64,000 nt of DNA, taken from positions 682,001-746,000 of the forward strand of contig CDPCPM010000208.1 of assembly GCA_976551045.1 (NCBI GenBank). The letters are read 5' to 3'. The position numbers and the translations under genes are program-made. Below the pieces are notes generated by a model. That model did no database searches. It saw only the letters and a program-made list of their open reading frames with translations, and was not told the origin of the DNA. Below, one piece after another: positions 1 through 14,224 of this stretch (positions are counted from its first letter, which is position 1; each line of letters starts with the position of its first letter). Source of the stretch: Glaucostegus cemiculus. Lineage: Eukaryota.

Positions 1-3000
1 GATGTCTGCAAGTGAATGCTGCCAACTGGCACATTCCAAAGTGCAGGAGTACATGCTGAAGCACACACTGAAGGTTGGTACAGCCATTACAGAGGCTCTG
101 TGGGGAAGGACCACAGTCTAGGGTCCTGCTGCCTATGGACACAGAAGGGCAGGGGCCTATGTTACAGTCTCCTAGGTGCTTCATTGTTTAAGGAAGAAAA
201 GTGAGTGGCGTTGACCTGTTGTAAGAGAACATATTGAATAGATGGTATGATGAAAATAGAGAACAATGTGTACTGATTGTATATTTTATGAATAAAGTAT
301 ATATTTGAAATAAAAAATGGCTATAATGTGCCTTGAGATCATCTGAGGCCATAAGTCTGTCTTTCTTTTGCAGATAGTGATGAATGTGTGAAGGAGGTTA
401 GCAGTGTTGCTGGAAGTTCAAAAGATCTTCATATTTTTATCACATACCTGGAGGAGCACCATTTCGATTTGCAGGTCACCTAGGAGTTGTGATGTGGGCT
501 TCAGTTAATTGGTACTTCCTCCAAATAGGTTGAGCTGATTACCTGACTCCAGGTAATGCACAGTACTGACGTGGAAATAATCTCTTGTGCCCAAAGGCTT
601 TTCAGGACAAGACTGAATAAGCACAGCCTTGTACAACATATAAACAATTTGCACATGCAGCACTACCAATGCCTGACTTTCTTGCTTACTATTATCCAGA
701 AGATCATTTTACAAATCATGTTGTAATAAGTAGCTATTTAAACTAGTGAGCAAACCTATTTTGAATACACACTTCTGCTGTGTTTGTATTATACTCCAGT
801 GTTCTTTGCTGTCTGGAGGAGGTTTTGACTTAGACTTAGTTCAAATAAATTGTGATAAATCTTAGTGTAAACTGGCTACATGTTCTACCAGATGAAACAG
901 TCTCATTCATTCTGCGGTCCTTTGTGGCCGATTTAACTCTGTATCTCCTGCTGGATATGTACAGAGTTCTTTGGACAGGTATTCAAGATCCAAATGCTAC
1001 AAGAATGAAGAAAATGACAAAGGAAACTTATAACCAATTTGAAAAATTTAAGATCGTAGTTTGGTTCTTGGGTGTTTAAAGCAACAGGAACTTCTGCTTT
1101 CTGAATGGAGCTGTTGGCTACAGCAAGCAACCAAATAAGGAATTTATTACATTGGTTTAAAAAAAAGTGCTAGTCATTTCCCTATGAGTGAAACAAACCT
1201 GTCTTTCATTCCAGGGCTGTATGTCCAGCATTGCAAACACACTCATCTTTGCACATCTGCTTTGCTGGACCTTCTGAGGGACCACAAAGCTAATTTTTAT
1301 CGGAGAGCAAAGAATTTCAAAGGGAGAACAGAACCACAATGTTTTGTCTAAAGTTGCAGAATAGAATCTCTTACTTCCAGCAGTTAGGAACATCTGACAC
1401 CGAGTAGGATTGCTTATCCAGAGGGTAGCTTGCAAAAACAAAGTTAAGAAATATAATAAATGTCACATGGATCGCTCAGTAACAAATACTATTTTTTAAG
1501 GTTCTTTACAAGTTTTGGGGCACATTGGTCCAGTGAGCTACCTTGCACTCACCACACATCTATCCAGTAAACCTGCACACACCATTCACAAGATAACCTT
1601 TGAAGCTCCCAGCATCAAGAATGGAAACAATATATAAAATGTGTTAAATGATCAGTGGCAATCCCTCCCTCCTCCCCAAACTGATCTGTCTCCAGAAAAA
1701 AAACTCAGAAAGGACTTTTATTTACACATTTAATTTAAAGTGACAGTAAAATGAAAGATAATGTTACTGATCTTCTGCCAAATGTAAAAGCAATGGTACT
1801 AATGTTTCGAAGAAACCTGTGGAGCTGTTCATGCTTGCTACTGAAGAGCTGCTGATTTAGACAGACCACATGTCCTGTCAAGTGATGTATGCAATGATAG
1901 TAGAGTAAGTGTAGGCAGCTTTAAAGAAAGCTTCAAAAACTATTTGGAGTCTGATTCAAGAAATACATTTCTGTTTGTTGATAATGGCACTGAAAAAGAA
2001 ATGTTATGGTGGCACAGAGAAAAGGATTGTCCATTTGAGATGTTTCCTGGTTAAATATTAGGAGAAGATACTCATGTTTCATACTTTTGATGTGTGTACA
2101 GCCACATGGGTGCTAAGTAATGTATGACACAACTGCTTCCTTCTCCCAACTGGCAAACAGGTATATTCAAGGAGGTTCTCTCAATGTGAAACCATCAGCA
2201 GAGTATGGTAAATGCGTGTGTTGTTTATAACACAAGGAGCAGTATCACGTTCAGTAAACAATTCTGTTCATGTTGCAGAAGATGACTCTCTTTAATTCCA
2301 ATACTCGCATAGTCCTGTGGATTTAATAGTTTCTACATCAGCAATAATAAATTAGCAAACGCAGTCGAACTGAGGTTTAATTATAGAAATTTACAAATGG
2401 ATCTCCAATTCTTTTTGTTCCTAGAAACCTACTGCACAATGACCTAAACCCTGTCATGTGCTGATTTGTCTATTCGGGTCTAGCTCACTGACTGACTATT
2501 ACATTCTTTGAACCACAGAGACATGGTACTTTTTTCTAACCATACATTTACTGTATTTTTTTCTTTCACTAGTACGTTTCTCTAAAAATAAAACGCAGAC
2601 TATTTTTTTATATTCTGCATTTTGCCTAGATTTAGTTGTTGCATGGAGATGCAGTCTTGTGGAAAAGCTCATGGAAGAGCCATCTTGGAGTATTGGGAAA
2701 TAACAGACAGAGATCTTATTGGCATTGTTTGGCTTGTTACCCCATTTGTATTCGAAAATAACCACACGAGTCTTACTCATTTGGTCATGATGTATGACAA
2801 AAATTCTTGACAATGAATTTCTGCATTTTGCTTCGCACTGAGATAATGTCCCTTATGTGTCTTGCGGTGATGTCATCTTAAATAATACAACGCTCGAGTT
2901 TGTACAAGGGAGCACAAAGTGCTTGCTGTTAGTTCACATTGTTTATTTCATGAAATGTTTGATTAGCTATAAAATTCCTATACATTCCAACTGATACTAT

Positions 3001-3924
3001 ACACATTGAGCCCCGAAACTGTTGCAAATTATTTTATTCCTCCCTTTACTGACACCATCACACTTATTATTATTTAAGAATGGCTGCATTCAAGCCAACA
3101 ATACCTTCATAAGATTATTTCTCTAATGAAAGCCTTTCCAACACTCTAGCCCTCACTTAGTGTCTCTTTATCCATATCCTGTATTCTTGTTGCACCCCAT
3201 TGTTACTTCTCTGTTCCCCCTTTTCCAAATGGTTTTGCTCTTTTTCTGTCATACGATCCTGAGGATACAGTTGTGAATAGATCACTGATGCAACAGAAAC
3301 AGAATAAAACTCTGAGCTTTTAGACAATAAGGGCAAATTCAGTGATTCCCTTCTTTCAGATGGAAAGGTTATTCAAAGGGACTACAGATCAAAGGTTTGG
3401 TACAATAGTGTTGTAACCTTATCTTCAACAGCACTACTTATAATGGAATTCTTCCTTGCGAGTGTGAGGTCAGTGAATTCGTCCCATGATTTGTGATGTG
3501 CCGTTTATTCACTTTCTTGTGAAGTGCTCCGTTACTCAATAGTGTGCTGTAACCAGCTCTCCTTGTGGTAACCTAACAGCATGATGAAACTCGGCAAGGT
3601 TTCGGCGTTTTGCTTATTTACTATATTCATTTTCTTGGATCTGGGCATCATTAGCAAAGCCAGCATCTACTACCCTTCCCTTATTGCCCAGGAGAAGTTG
3701 GTGATCCGCTTTCTTAAACTGCTGCAGTCTCGGTGAAGGTATTCGTACAATGCCTTTGGGAGGGAGTTCTAGGATTTACACCCAGTGATGGTGAAGGGTT
3801 TTGAATGGTGCATAGAAAAGTTTGAGTTTGTTCTTTCCTTGACTTAATTTGCATGTTTCACCAATTGAAACCTGTTGCGTACCCACATGTCCCTATAAAA
3901 CTGATGAACCCAACAGAGTCATGG

Positions 3925-4350
3925 GGAGACACAGCGCAGAAACAAGCCCTTCGGCCCACTGAGTAGATGCTGACCATCAACCGGCCATTTTAAACTAATC
4001 CTACCCTAATCCATTTTATTTACCCCCCTCCCTCTCAATTCCCATCAGTTCCCCCCAGATCCTACCACTCATCTACACACTTGGGGCAATTTACACCAGC
4101 CATCTAATTTACCGGCCCATAATTTTGGATTATGGGCTGGTAAATTAAATGACTGCTATAAATTGCCAGCCCATATTAATTTAATTTAACCAGCCCACTT
4201 CATTTACCAGCCCATAACTCTGGATAAAGCGGAGCACTCAGAGAAAACCCATGCAGTTACAGGGAGAACGTGCAGACTTCAGTCAGCACCAGTGGCCAGG
4301 ATTGAACCCTGGTCACGAGCTGTGAGACAGCAGCTCTACCAGCCGCGCCA
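3925..4350 (-). mobile_element. Older tRNA-derived V-SINE (HE1-like) with CR1-type tail and an internal fold-back
   Basis: Reverse complement shows a tRNA-like head (gtggcgcggctggtagagc...ggttcaatcc), a decayed V domain (gggttttctctgagtgctccg) and a gggccgaagggc tail. Confidence 0.75.
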
Positions 4351-5514
4351 CTGTTGCTGCTGTGTTCTCACTGTTTACTGTACGCTTGGTTATGTTTATG
4401 AGACTGTGGGGTGCCTGCAATATTCTGTTTCGGAACTTTGCGCTGTGCTTCTGTGTGCACAGTACACTGGAATCAGTGGAGTTGCTGCTGCACCAGAGTG
4501 AACTGTCTACCATTTTGTGCCCTGTTACTGCTGTGCTTAAAATAGAAGGTGATGTTGCCTGGGTGGAGCTGGGGGGGGGGGGTGACACCCATCTGTTGCA
4601 CACGAGCTCTTCAGTTTCAGCCTGTTAGAAGTAGAATTAGAGTTTGTAGCTAACAAGACACTTTGACTGGCAAATAAAATTAAACCTCTTTGAGTTTCTT
4701 TCTTTCTAAATAAATTCCAAAAGTAACGCAGTAACTGTTCACACATTTTCATTGCAACCCCTTGCTTTAACATACACAGTTTTCATACTTGTTTTCATAC
4801 ACAGCCAAAAGTTCGAATGCTGCCCAAATTAATGCAGTGAATTTTTTTTCTTTTTCTGAGCTATGATAATTTCAAGACCCAGCCTCATCTCTCTTTCTAT
4901 CCATAAGGCCTTCTGCTGAAACGTAGGTGCCAGTTACCTCGAGTGTAATCGAACCCATGTAATATTTATTTGAGCTGGGAGTTTCTTGCCTGTGTCTGTC
5001 TTTTATGTACTTTGCAAAACTCTTTTATGCTAGGGAATGACCGGGTCAAATCTCTTAAGGCTTGCAACAAATTAGATGTGTTCATACCGACAGCCAGTTG
5101 AAGATGGGCAGATTTTTTGTTTAATTCTAAAATTGCCAGAGCAGGGCACTTTAACCGATGGCGTTTGATTCATCTTCTGCCAGAATAGTCTTTTAATGTT
5201 ACATGAACACCACTGTGCCATAATGTTGCAAAATAAGTCAGTTACAATTAAATGCACTTCCTCTGAAGGTCATTTTTGCTTGTAACTCAGTCAAATTAAG
5301 CAAGCTTTGACATTTATGATGCTGTGGTGTCCTAAGGTGTGGCTCAACCGACAGTGACCATGTACCAGTTGTTACCCCTTCCCCACTACTGGTTGGCAGA
5401 TGTAGACTGCAACTTTCAGCAGATCTGGCAAGTTTGCTTTGGCAGTGAGAGACCCATACATCAGGCAGGGCAGATGAGAGACTGACAGAGCACTAGCACA
5501 ACAGAAAACCTGGT

Positions 5515-6070
5515 CTTTAGAGTCATGGCGTTATACAGCACAGGATCAGGCTGTTCAACCGAGCTGATCCATGTCGACCAAGGTGCTGGCCAGAGCTGGA
5601 CCCATTTGCCTGCGTTTGGCCCATATCTCCCATGATTTTATAAACCTCTATAAGGTCACTGCTCAACCTCTTTGCTCAGGGATAACAGTCCCAGCTTATC
5701 CAGTCTCTCTTTATAACTCGAGTCCTCTAGTCCCAGCAACATTCTTGTGAATCTTTTCTGCACCCTGTCTAGTTTAATCACAGCATCACATCCTTCCTAT
5801 AGTATGGTGAACAGATCAGCGCATTTATTTCAGTTGCAGTCTCACTGACATCTTGGACAGCTGTAACACGACAACCCAACTCTTGTACTCAGTGCCCCAT
5901 CCAATGAAGTCGGGCATGCCATACGCATTCTTCACCATCTTGTCTACCTGTGTCTTGACTTTCGGGAAACGATGTACTTGTATTCCTAGGTCTCTGTGTT
6001 AATCACTGTGAGTATCCTGCGCTGATCTAGCCTCCCAAAATGCATAACTTCACATTTATCTGAGTTAGAA
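5515..6070 (-). mobile_element. Decayed CR1 LINE 3' fragment
   Basis: Reverse strand resembles the CR1 RT C-terminus and 3' UTR seen in the better-preserved copies at 34.3-36.4 kb. Confidence 0.75.
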
Positions 6071-6099
6071 CATAGAACAGTACAGCACAAGAACAGGCC

Positions 6100-6385
6100 C
6101 TGGGAGTGGGGAAAGGAACATGAGGGGTGGGTTACCCGTAATTGGGAAATTCAATACTCGTACCATTGGGTTGTAGGCTACATGAGTGGAATATGAGGTG
6201 TTGTTCTTCTAGTTTGCATTCCACCTCACCACGGCACCCTTCCCTCTCACTTCTCTACTGCTATCCTCCCTCTGCACTGTTAGTCTTGATGCCAGATCTT
6301 GTCCCAAAACATCGAGAGTGGCTTTTCCTTCACAAATTCTGCTCGACCTGCTGAACTTGGCCAGCAGTTTTTTTTTGTTTATTCT
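6100..6385. mobile_element. Penelope-like element fragments (ORF end on - strand, terminal-repeat piece on + strand)
   Basis: gggaaattcaat matches the reversed NIEF ORF end; ctgctcgacctgctgaac...ccagcagtttt matches the PLE terminal motif seen at 28955-28990. Confidence 0.55.
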
Positions 6386-7179
6386 TTTACTTCCTGGACT
6401 TGATATTCAAACACCCTCATGGGCAGCTTCCCTTGTGTTCTGAGGTCATCCAAAGCTCTGCAGTCCGTATCCTAACTTGTACAGGTCCCACCCATCACCC
6501 CTGTGCCAGTTAAACAGTTCCTCAATTTTTTTTTGTCAAACTCACATTCTGGTTTTCAAATGGTTCTCTGGTCTCTGCCCTCCCTGTGTCTCTTGTCTCT
6601 TCCAGCATTATCACCTTCCAAATATTTGTACTCTTCTTGCTCCTCACTGAATTCATTCTCACCACCACTGATGTCAAGATCCCAATCCCCAATCTCTAAA
6701 ATTCGTTCCCTAAGCCTCTCCATTTCTTTACCAGTCTTTCTACCTTTTAAACCTAAAAATTTAGCTGAAACTATTGGTCGCTTGTCCAAACTTCTCCTAA
6801 ATGGTTGGTTTTACCTGATAATACTCCTTTGACATGCCTTGGGATGTTTTAATTACACTGGAAGACTCTAATTTAAAGACACACAGTCGGGAGTTGAACA
6901 TGTTGAATGACTGGTCACATTCTTCAAAACTTGTTTTATTACTATTATTTGTTGCAGCCGAATTAACATTCCTCTGCAGACACCCTTGTTAAGACCACTC
7001 CGTCCAAGAGGATAGTTACTTTTCCGGCTATGTTATGCTAGCCTTTCATTCAGTAACACTGAATAATGGATGGTGATCAATAGTGAGAGCTCGGTGCTGA
7101 TTCTACTGTGGTTGAGTAAATCTCAAAGATGACAGTGCTAGCCCTGCTACTTGCTGCACAGGTTCAGTGGACAATTGTA

Positions 7180-7441
7180 CAGACAGTCCCCAGGTTATGT
7201 AAGGGTTCCTTTCCATGTGATTTCTATGTAAGTTAGGAACATCCATTTTCTGTAGTAACCCATATTCTATCACTCTACATATAATTTCATTTCACTGAAT
7301 AGTTACCCTATCACTACCCATAATTAAACTAATGGGATATGTACTGTATCTGTCATTAATGAATACCATGAAACATTTTAATATTATTATTGTTACTGGC
7401 TTGAAAGTAAGTCAGGTCATTTGTAACCTGGGGAGCCTCTG
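7180..7441. mobile_element. Tc1/mariner (Tigger-like) MITE
   Basis: TA|CAGACAGTCCCCAGGTTA at left and TAACCTGGGGAGCCTCTG at right form imperfect terminal inverted repeats around an AT-rich non-coding interior. Confidence 0.7.
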
Positions 7442-9671
7442 CACTTATAAATTGTGCCATGTTAGGCTTCATTGGTCTTTCAATCTAACTACAGTATTAA
7501 CCTTATCAATTGCAGTTTTCAGAATTCTAACACCATTTTGCAGAATTGTTTGTATTAATTTTACATGGGTTTTCTTGATTAATCTGTGCTTTGCTGTTCT
7601 CTGCAGATAATCTGACCCATATTCACACACCAGTTACACGCCTGTTGAATCTGTCTCTCTCCTGAACTCACCATACAGGCACTCCCAGCAAGGGCGGCTG
7701 GAACTGATATATGAATTTTTGTTGATTTCTTTCTTTTTATTCTAAATTCATAAACGCATCATGTACTAAAACCAAACCAATATATAATGGTTTTGGCATT
7801 TTATACCTGAGCTGGACTTTCCCAAATGGTTTGCTGATCATTCATATTTGTGGCCCTTTAATGATGTTCTCTCTTCTTCTGTCAGCATTAAACCTTTAGA
7901 ACCAGTTGCTGGTGGACATTGGTAAATGAGAATAATGTGGTTAGGTACTTGATGGTTGACGTGGACAGGATGGGTTAAAAAGCTTGTTTCTCTGCTGTAA
8001 GACTCCATGACTAATGTCTTGCACACTGCCTGGTGGATTACTGTTTGTCAGCCCTCACACTGCTTCTCAGTTCTATGGTGGATCGCTGTCTGATGTATCA
8101 AGTTCCAAATATTTTATGTTGCACCCCACATGATTGTGTTTCTTCTTTTTCCTCTGCGCAATTCTCCATTCTCCCTTTTTATATTGAACAGATACCTCAA
8201 ACTCCGCTGCACAAGAGAGAATTTAAATCCTAAAATAACACTTGCTTAATAAGCCAGCTTATTGGGATATCTTGAAGGTTAGGTTCATTTACGTTAGATA
8301 GCCCATTAGTTTTGACGCCAGAGACGGGCATGGAGACATAACCTCAGATTTTCCACAATGCGGGGTACTGTAGTATATCCTTGGAAATATTCTTGACTGT
8401 TAGGAAGGTGAGCCTCTTGTTTAATGGACAGGCATTGGTGGCTTGGTTCTAAGTTTTAATGCACTCTTAAGGCCACTCCCCTTTTCGCTTCTCCCCACCC
8501 CCCTCATTCCCATCTCGACCCTCTACCCTTAGGAATGATTACACCCTCTGCCCCTTGTTCTTTGTGTATCACAGGTTATTAAGCGCCCCAGTACTTTCTT
8601 GCAAGAGTTTGTCAGACTTGTTGCATTTGTTCTACAGTTTGAAAACTACTTTGGTGATTAATCACTGGCTCACCTCCTGTGGCGTTGTTAATGAGTAAAA
8701 GCACAGTGTCAGTCACTCATGGTGTAGTCACTCATATTTGGCTGCTGACAAAATGGGAAATGCTTCAGGATAAGATGAAGATGTGCAGTGTCGTTGGGAT
8801 CATTCCACAGCTGAAAATCTCAAAAATAAATCCAGCGCAGAGCTGATGGATAATGACCACTGCCCCCTGCCCTGCTTTCAGAACCAATGGGATGCTGTGA
8901 ACTGGCGTTGAGACTGAATTCAATAGTCGTTTGCCAAAGGGAATTAAATAAAAGGTGAAGGAGAGAGTGAAGGAAGGAGGAAGCAGAAATGTGGGGAAAA
9001 TGTTGGGGATGGAAGTACCCAGGCAGTTCTTTGATTCAGTCCTTGTTCCAGTTTATGTCACAGTTGCATTGTGTATCTTCAATCAGTGGCAAGTGGAGGA
9101 GAGATTGATGGCTGTTGATCAAATCTGGCTGTAAATACCAAGTCAATTATTCAAATACTTTTTGTTCAACGGCAAATGGACCGTAATAGTGATGAGCAAT
9201 AAACACAGGGTTCTGCTCACAATCATGCCAATGCTTTTAAAACACAAATTTGAATGATTTTGTAGTTTCCAAACAATGAATCTTATTCTGTACATTTTCA
9301 CTATTGATTTTGATTTTCAGTTTGCCGTGCAAAGGACAATTAGGTGCTTTTTGTAGAGATAAGTTTGATCCTAAAAAAATTCCTCATCATGTCTCACTGA
9401 AGTGCGCGGTTGTGGTGTTGCATATAAAAGGGGCCGCTTCTGATGGAAATGGAGCTGAGTCCTTTGCAATATGGCTCAGATAGTGGACAGTAAGGTGTAG
9501 AAATTCATCTTTGATCACCAGTGCTAAATGGCAGGAAAATTATCTTTTGCCAATTGTCATCCCTCTCTGATTTTCCATTCCACCCAGTCCAATGGAAGCA
9601 AACATTGGGAGGGAGTGTAACCAGTGGCCAATACTTGCTCCCTTACCCTATTAGCAGCAATGTCTTGGTGT

Positions 9672-10047
9672 AGCAGCCAGCATTATCAAAGACCCCACTC
9701 ATCCGGGACATTCTCTCTTCTCTCCTCTTCCATCAGGTAGAAGATACATGCCTAAGGGCATGTACCACCAGACTTAAGGACAGCTTCTACCCCACTGTGA
9801 TAAGACTATTGAATGGTTCCCTTATACAATGAGATGGTCTGTGACCTCACGATCTACCTTGCACTTTATGGCACTGCACTTTCTCTGTAGCTGTGACACT
9901 TTATTCTGTACTGTTATTGTTTTTACTGTACTACATCAATGCTCTCTGTAACTGCACTGTGTAATGAATTGACCTGTATGATTGGTTTGTAAGACAAGTT
10001 TTTCACTGTACCTCGGTACAAGTGACAATAATAAACCAATACCAATG
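9672..10047 (+). mobile_element. Rex1/Babar-type LINE 3' end (5'-truncated)
   Basis: Encodes AASIIKDPTHPGHSLFSPLPSGRRY...LKDSFYP; 3' UTR ends cactgtacctcggtacaagtgacaataataaa(ccaata)n. Confidence 0.8.
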
Positions 10048-11764
10048 TGAATTTCTAACCCAAGTTGTCGAACTTTGTGGCAATAAAACCCCTTAACTCT
10101 CTGTTGTTGGTGTGCTGGCATTGCTACTGGGTAAGGTTGGTGTAAAAGTGTGAACGATTGGATTAGAACATTTGCATGTGAATGAATAAAGTACTGGGCT
10201 CACCTCTTGGCAAAGATGTACATGATGCATTTATATAACACTGGGGGAAGGGCATCACTGTGGAGTGCTGAGTTTCTCATGCTTCAGTCCACTTGTTTGT
10301 CAGTCCTGGTGCATTCTTCCTGTGCATTGACCCCGCGATGTGCACTGCCTTGGCACTTGTCTCTCTGTATTAACGTTAAGCACAACTGACTTTTCCTATC
10401 CTCCCATCGTTATGAACTAACTCTTCAGGCACCTCCTGTTTCTCTTTCTATGTTCAGAGGAGTATCACTTAATTTAAACAAAAACCTGTAAGTCAGCCTG
10501 TACCACCTGCATTGCTTTGAAGCTTTGGGTACAGGGAATGCGGTTGATAACCAGGCTCTTGGATGATGACCCCTGAAGCTGAGCCAGTGACAGCCCAGTG
10601 TGATCTTTCCCACTTCCTACAAGTTTGATACTGTTGCTTTCACGTGTAAAGAAGGATCTGTACATACAGACCAGGGCAGATACCGACCGATACAACGGCC
10701 TTCCCTTAGTCTACTTTTCAGTCTAAATTTAATGTCATTCATCATCTAAACAATGAACTGTGGGTTCTGCAGTGCTTTCATTGCCTGGGGATGTTCCAAA
10801 CACTGTAAAGTGCTTTTGGAATGCAGTCAATAATGTAGGGAACCTAAATAGCCAAGGCGCAGTTAATTGGATGCTGTGATGCCCAATTGCTGTGGTGAAT
10901 GTTGGCAAGATAAATGTTAGTAAGGCGAAACATGCGGAATTGTTTGTATCTGTATCTAGAGGCCGAGAGATTTTGCTCACATCCAAGAGACCGCCCTTTT
11001 GTCAGTGCGGAGCTCCATTGTCTTCGGAGTGAGCTGGAGTCCATGACATTCCGACATAAGGGAGGGGCTCCTGAGGTGCAATCAGGAATATAAAGGGTAC
11101 GAACAATGCAAGGGAGGAGGTGCCACTCTCACGAGCCACAGGGTGGACACTGCACTCATCAGGTATGACTAGCTCAGAAATAACTGGGCCCTTGCCTGAC
11201 CATCACCTCCCACCAATGTGGCTGGTTTCTGCTGCTGTTGGCCAACCCCTCATTACATGTAAATAAGGAAATAGTGCAGTCTTCAGTTTTTCATCACCTA
11301 TATAAAACAAAAGGCTACCCAGTGTTAATTACACTCAATTTTAATTTGGTTGCTTATGGTTACTACTAGTTGAGAAATATTCTCCAAAGTGCACAAGTCT
11401 TTGAATTTTCCTGTTATCCTGTAAACAGCGATGATTATTTTCATAATATCAGTTGAGTGCTACAGTTGGGCTTGAACCAACCACTGTAGACATTGAAGGA
11501 AGCTCGTTGAGTGAGGATGTCTGTATGGTGGGCATTTGATTACTCGCCACTAGTACTAGTGTCAATAGCCATCTTTTCTACCTGATGCTGGCAGGTGATG
11601 CTCTTGGAACTGTAACCTAGCTGGAGTCATGCATTCATAGGAAGAGAGGAATAAATTCAGAAGGTGGCAGAATGAACAGAGGACCTTTGGAGCCTTAACC
11701 TGACCAGGACAGGATGATAAATTGGACCTGGGAGAAGGAACGTAATCTTCTCACTCAGATAAAA

Positions 11765-12150
11765 GAAGCAGCCAACATAACCAAGATATTCTCTCTTCTC
11801 TCCTCTTCCATCAGGTAGAAAATACAGGTGCCTGAGGGCACGTACCACCAGACTTAAGGACAGCTTCTACCCCACTGTGATAAGACTATTGAGTGGTTCC
11901 CTTATACAATTAGATGGACCTCACGATCTACCTTGTTGTGACCTTGCACCTTATTGCACTGCACTTTCTCTGTAGCTGTGACACTTTACTCTGTACGGTT
12001 ATTGTTTTTACCTGTACTACCGCAATGCACTCTGTACTAACTCAATGTAACTGCACTGTGTAATGAATTGACCTGTATGATAAGTACGCAAGACAAGTTT
12101 TTCACTGTACCTTGGTACAAGTGACAATAATAAACCAATACCAATACCAA
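11765..12150 (+). mobile_element. Rex1/Babar-type LINE 3' end
   Basis: Close copy of 9672-10047 with LPSGRKYR and (ccaata)n tail. Confidence 0.8.
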
Positions 12151-14224
12151 GAAATGGCAAACTTGTTACAAGATGGAATATTTTGCAAGTTAAGAACTTT
12201 TAATTGAAAGTTATGATTCTCTTTAAATATTGTTCTGGATTCTGAGAGTTTCCACTGCTCTGCAATAAGCCCCACCTCCCATCTGATCCCCTACGATTCC
12301 CCATGCCTTCCCTTCCTGTTCCTCCTCCCCCCCGCCCCCACCGCGCCCCCCCCCCCCCAGTGGCGGCTGCTTTGTTGCATTAAACTCCACTTCTGCTGCA
12401 GCGGTAACCAACACAAAAGGCACTCTCATTTATTCTAATAGTTGTCAAAGTCTGTCAGCTAGGGATGCGGAGAGGGGCAGGGGGGCACAATGGGGAAACG
12501 AGGCAGGCGAGAGAACAGTTGAATTAAAATTGGTGTTTTTTTCTCAATGTTACTGAAAATATCTGTAACTCCCAGATCTGGAAGACAGTACCCCATGGCT
12601 TTGGATACATGTTATTTTTATTAAGTTTCCTACCTATGTAAACATTCCCCACAAACAGAGATATAGTTGTCTTACCTCTCACCTTGTGGCAATACTGTTT
12701 CTTTACATATAAAGCAGATATCTAAAGGATATTAGTGAATGAACTCCAGAGCTATTTGTATTTGAACAAAGGCACCTGATTTTAATTAAGTTTCATTTGA
12801 GGGAGTTTTTTAAACTGGTTTCCTCTAAGTTTATGAAGGGGGAAAAGGTCAGTGATTTAACGAGACTGCACTTTCATTAGTGCTGTGTGGGAGATTACTC
12901 ATATTCTGCTGAGCGTTTTCGCAGTACTTGATGGAGGAAATGCTGTACCCAAACAGCCTGCTCTTTGCATTGGTTAAACTGGAATATGCAGACTCTGTGA
13001 TTAAATCAAAAACATAACTATTTCCTTTGCCACAGCATTGGCTCTCTGTTCTCCTTATATGGGAAAGGAATTTTCAAAAGCAGCTGAGTGGCTGTGGATC
13101 TATTTGTTCTGGAAATTCCTTGGATATTACAAACTTAAAGATTGGGAAGAGGTGATCCCAGAGAGTACAAGCTGAACAGAGAATGGCTTATTCTGTAAAA
13201 TAAAGGAGACTTTGAGTAAATACTATATTTTACAGTGTTCTTGGTGACATTGGTCATCATAATTTAATTATTGTACCTTAAAATTAAATTCCATGATTGG
13301 CTGGCTAACTGTAAGTAACTCGTCAGAATGAACTCACACACATTTAACTTCCAAGACTTTCTATTGAAGGGCTAGTTCATCCTCCTTGTGAACAAGTTCT
13401 ACAACGTCACTGTTCCTGTCAGTGACTGGAGGTGGAACTGGCGCCCGTCATCCAAAGTTCCTGGTCTCCTGAGGGTGTTCATGTCCATCATCTACTTGGG
13501 AAAGTAAGCTGCGGGCTCCTACGTTGAACTGCATGATTCTCTTCGCTGTTGGGCTGGATGTTGTGGGGATTTCAGGCACTGGTACCAAAGAGATTAGGCC
13601 TCAGATTGTAGGGCAGGTTTCAGGTGCCAAATCGCCCACTCTTTTGCTTAGACAATATTTGTATGGCTCAAAGAAATAGAGAAGAGAATAATGTCCAGAG
13701 GGAAGGACCATATTACAGGCATTGTACTTGAATCAGGAAGAGAAACTGAAGATAAAGAACAATCCCACCTATTGAGTGAATTTGCATAACTCCACAAACT
13801 TTTCAAAACAGATGCTGCAGATTCTGCTGTGAAATAAACAAATGAAAAATACATTGGGAGGTTAAAGAAGGAAACGTTAATGGAAGGGATGTCAGTACAA
13901 AGCCTGCTCTGCCGTTCACAGGCCTTGACTCCTCTCCCGTGCCGGTTCCCCACAGCTGTCGATTCCCTGATCTTTCAAAAACGTTTCCATTTCCTCCTGA
14001 AGTGCCCCCAGTGATCGAGCCTCCAACCCTCTGTGGTGGGGGATTTCCGAGATTCATCACCCTCTGTGGGAAGTGGGAAGCAATTCTCTGGAATTTGCTT
14101 ACCCATGTGGTTGGCTCAGGAGAGATGCTTGCACTGCATATTGAAAATAGTACAACTTGTGATGTAATCTATGACCTGCTCATTGCTATTTTTGAACCAA
14201 TGTGAAAGAGCTGAAGGAAAGGAG

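Noticed and set aside
12320-12370. C-rich tract as a G-quadruplex or CTCF site
   Set aside because: Mostly a poly-C run; the CTCF match has mismatches in the core and nothing else supports it.
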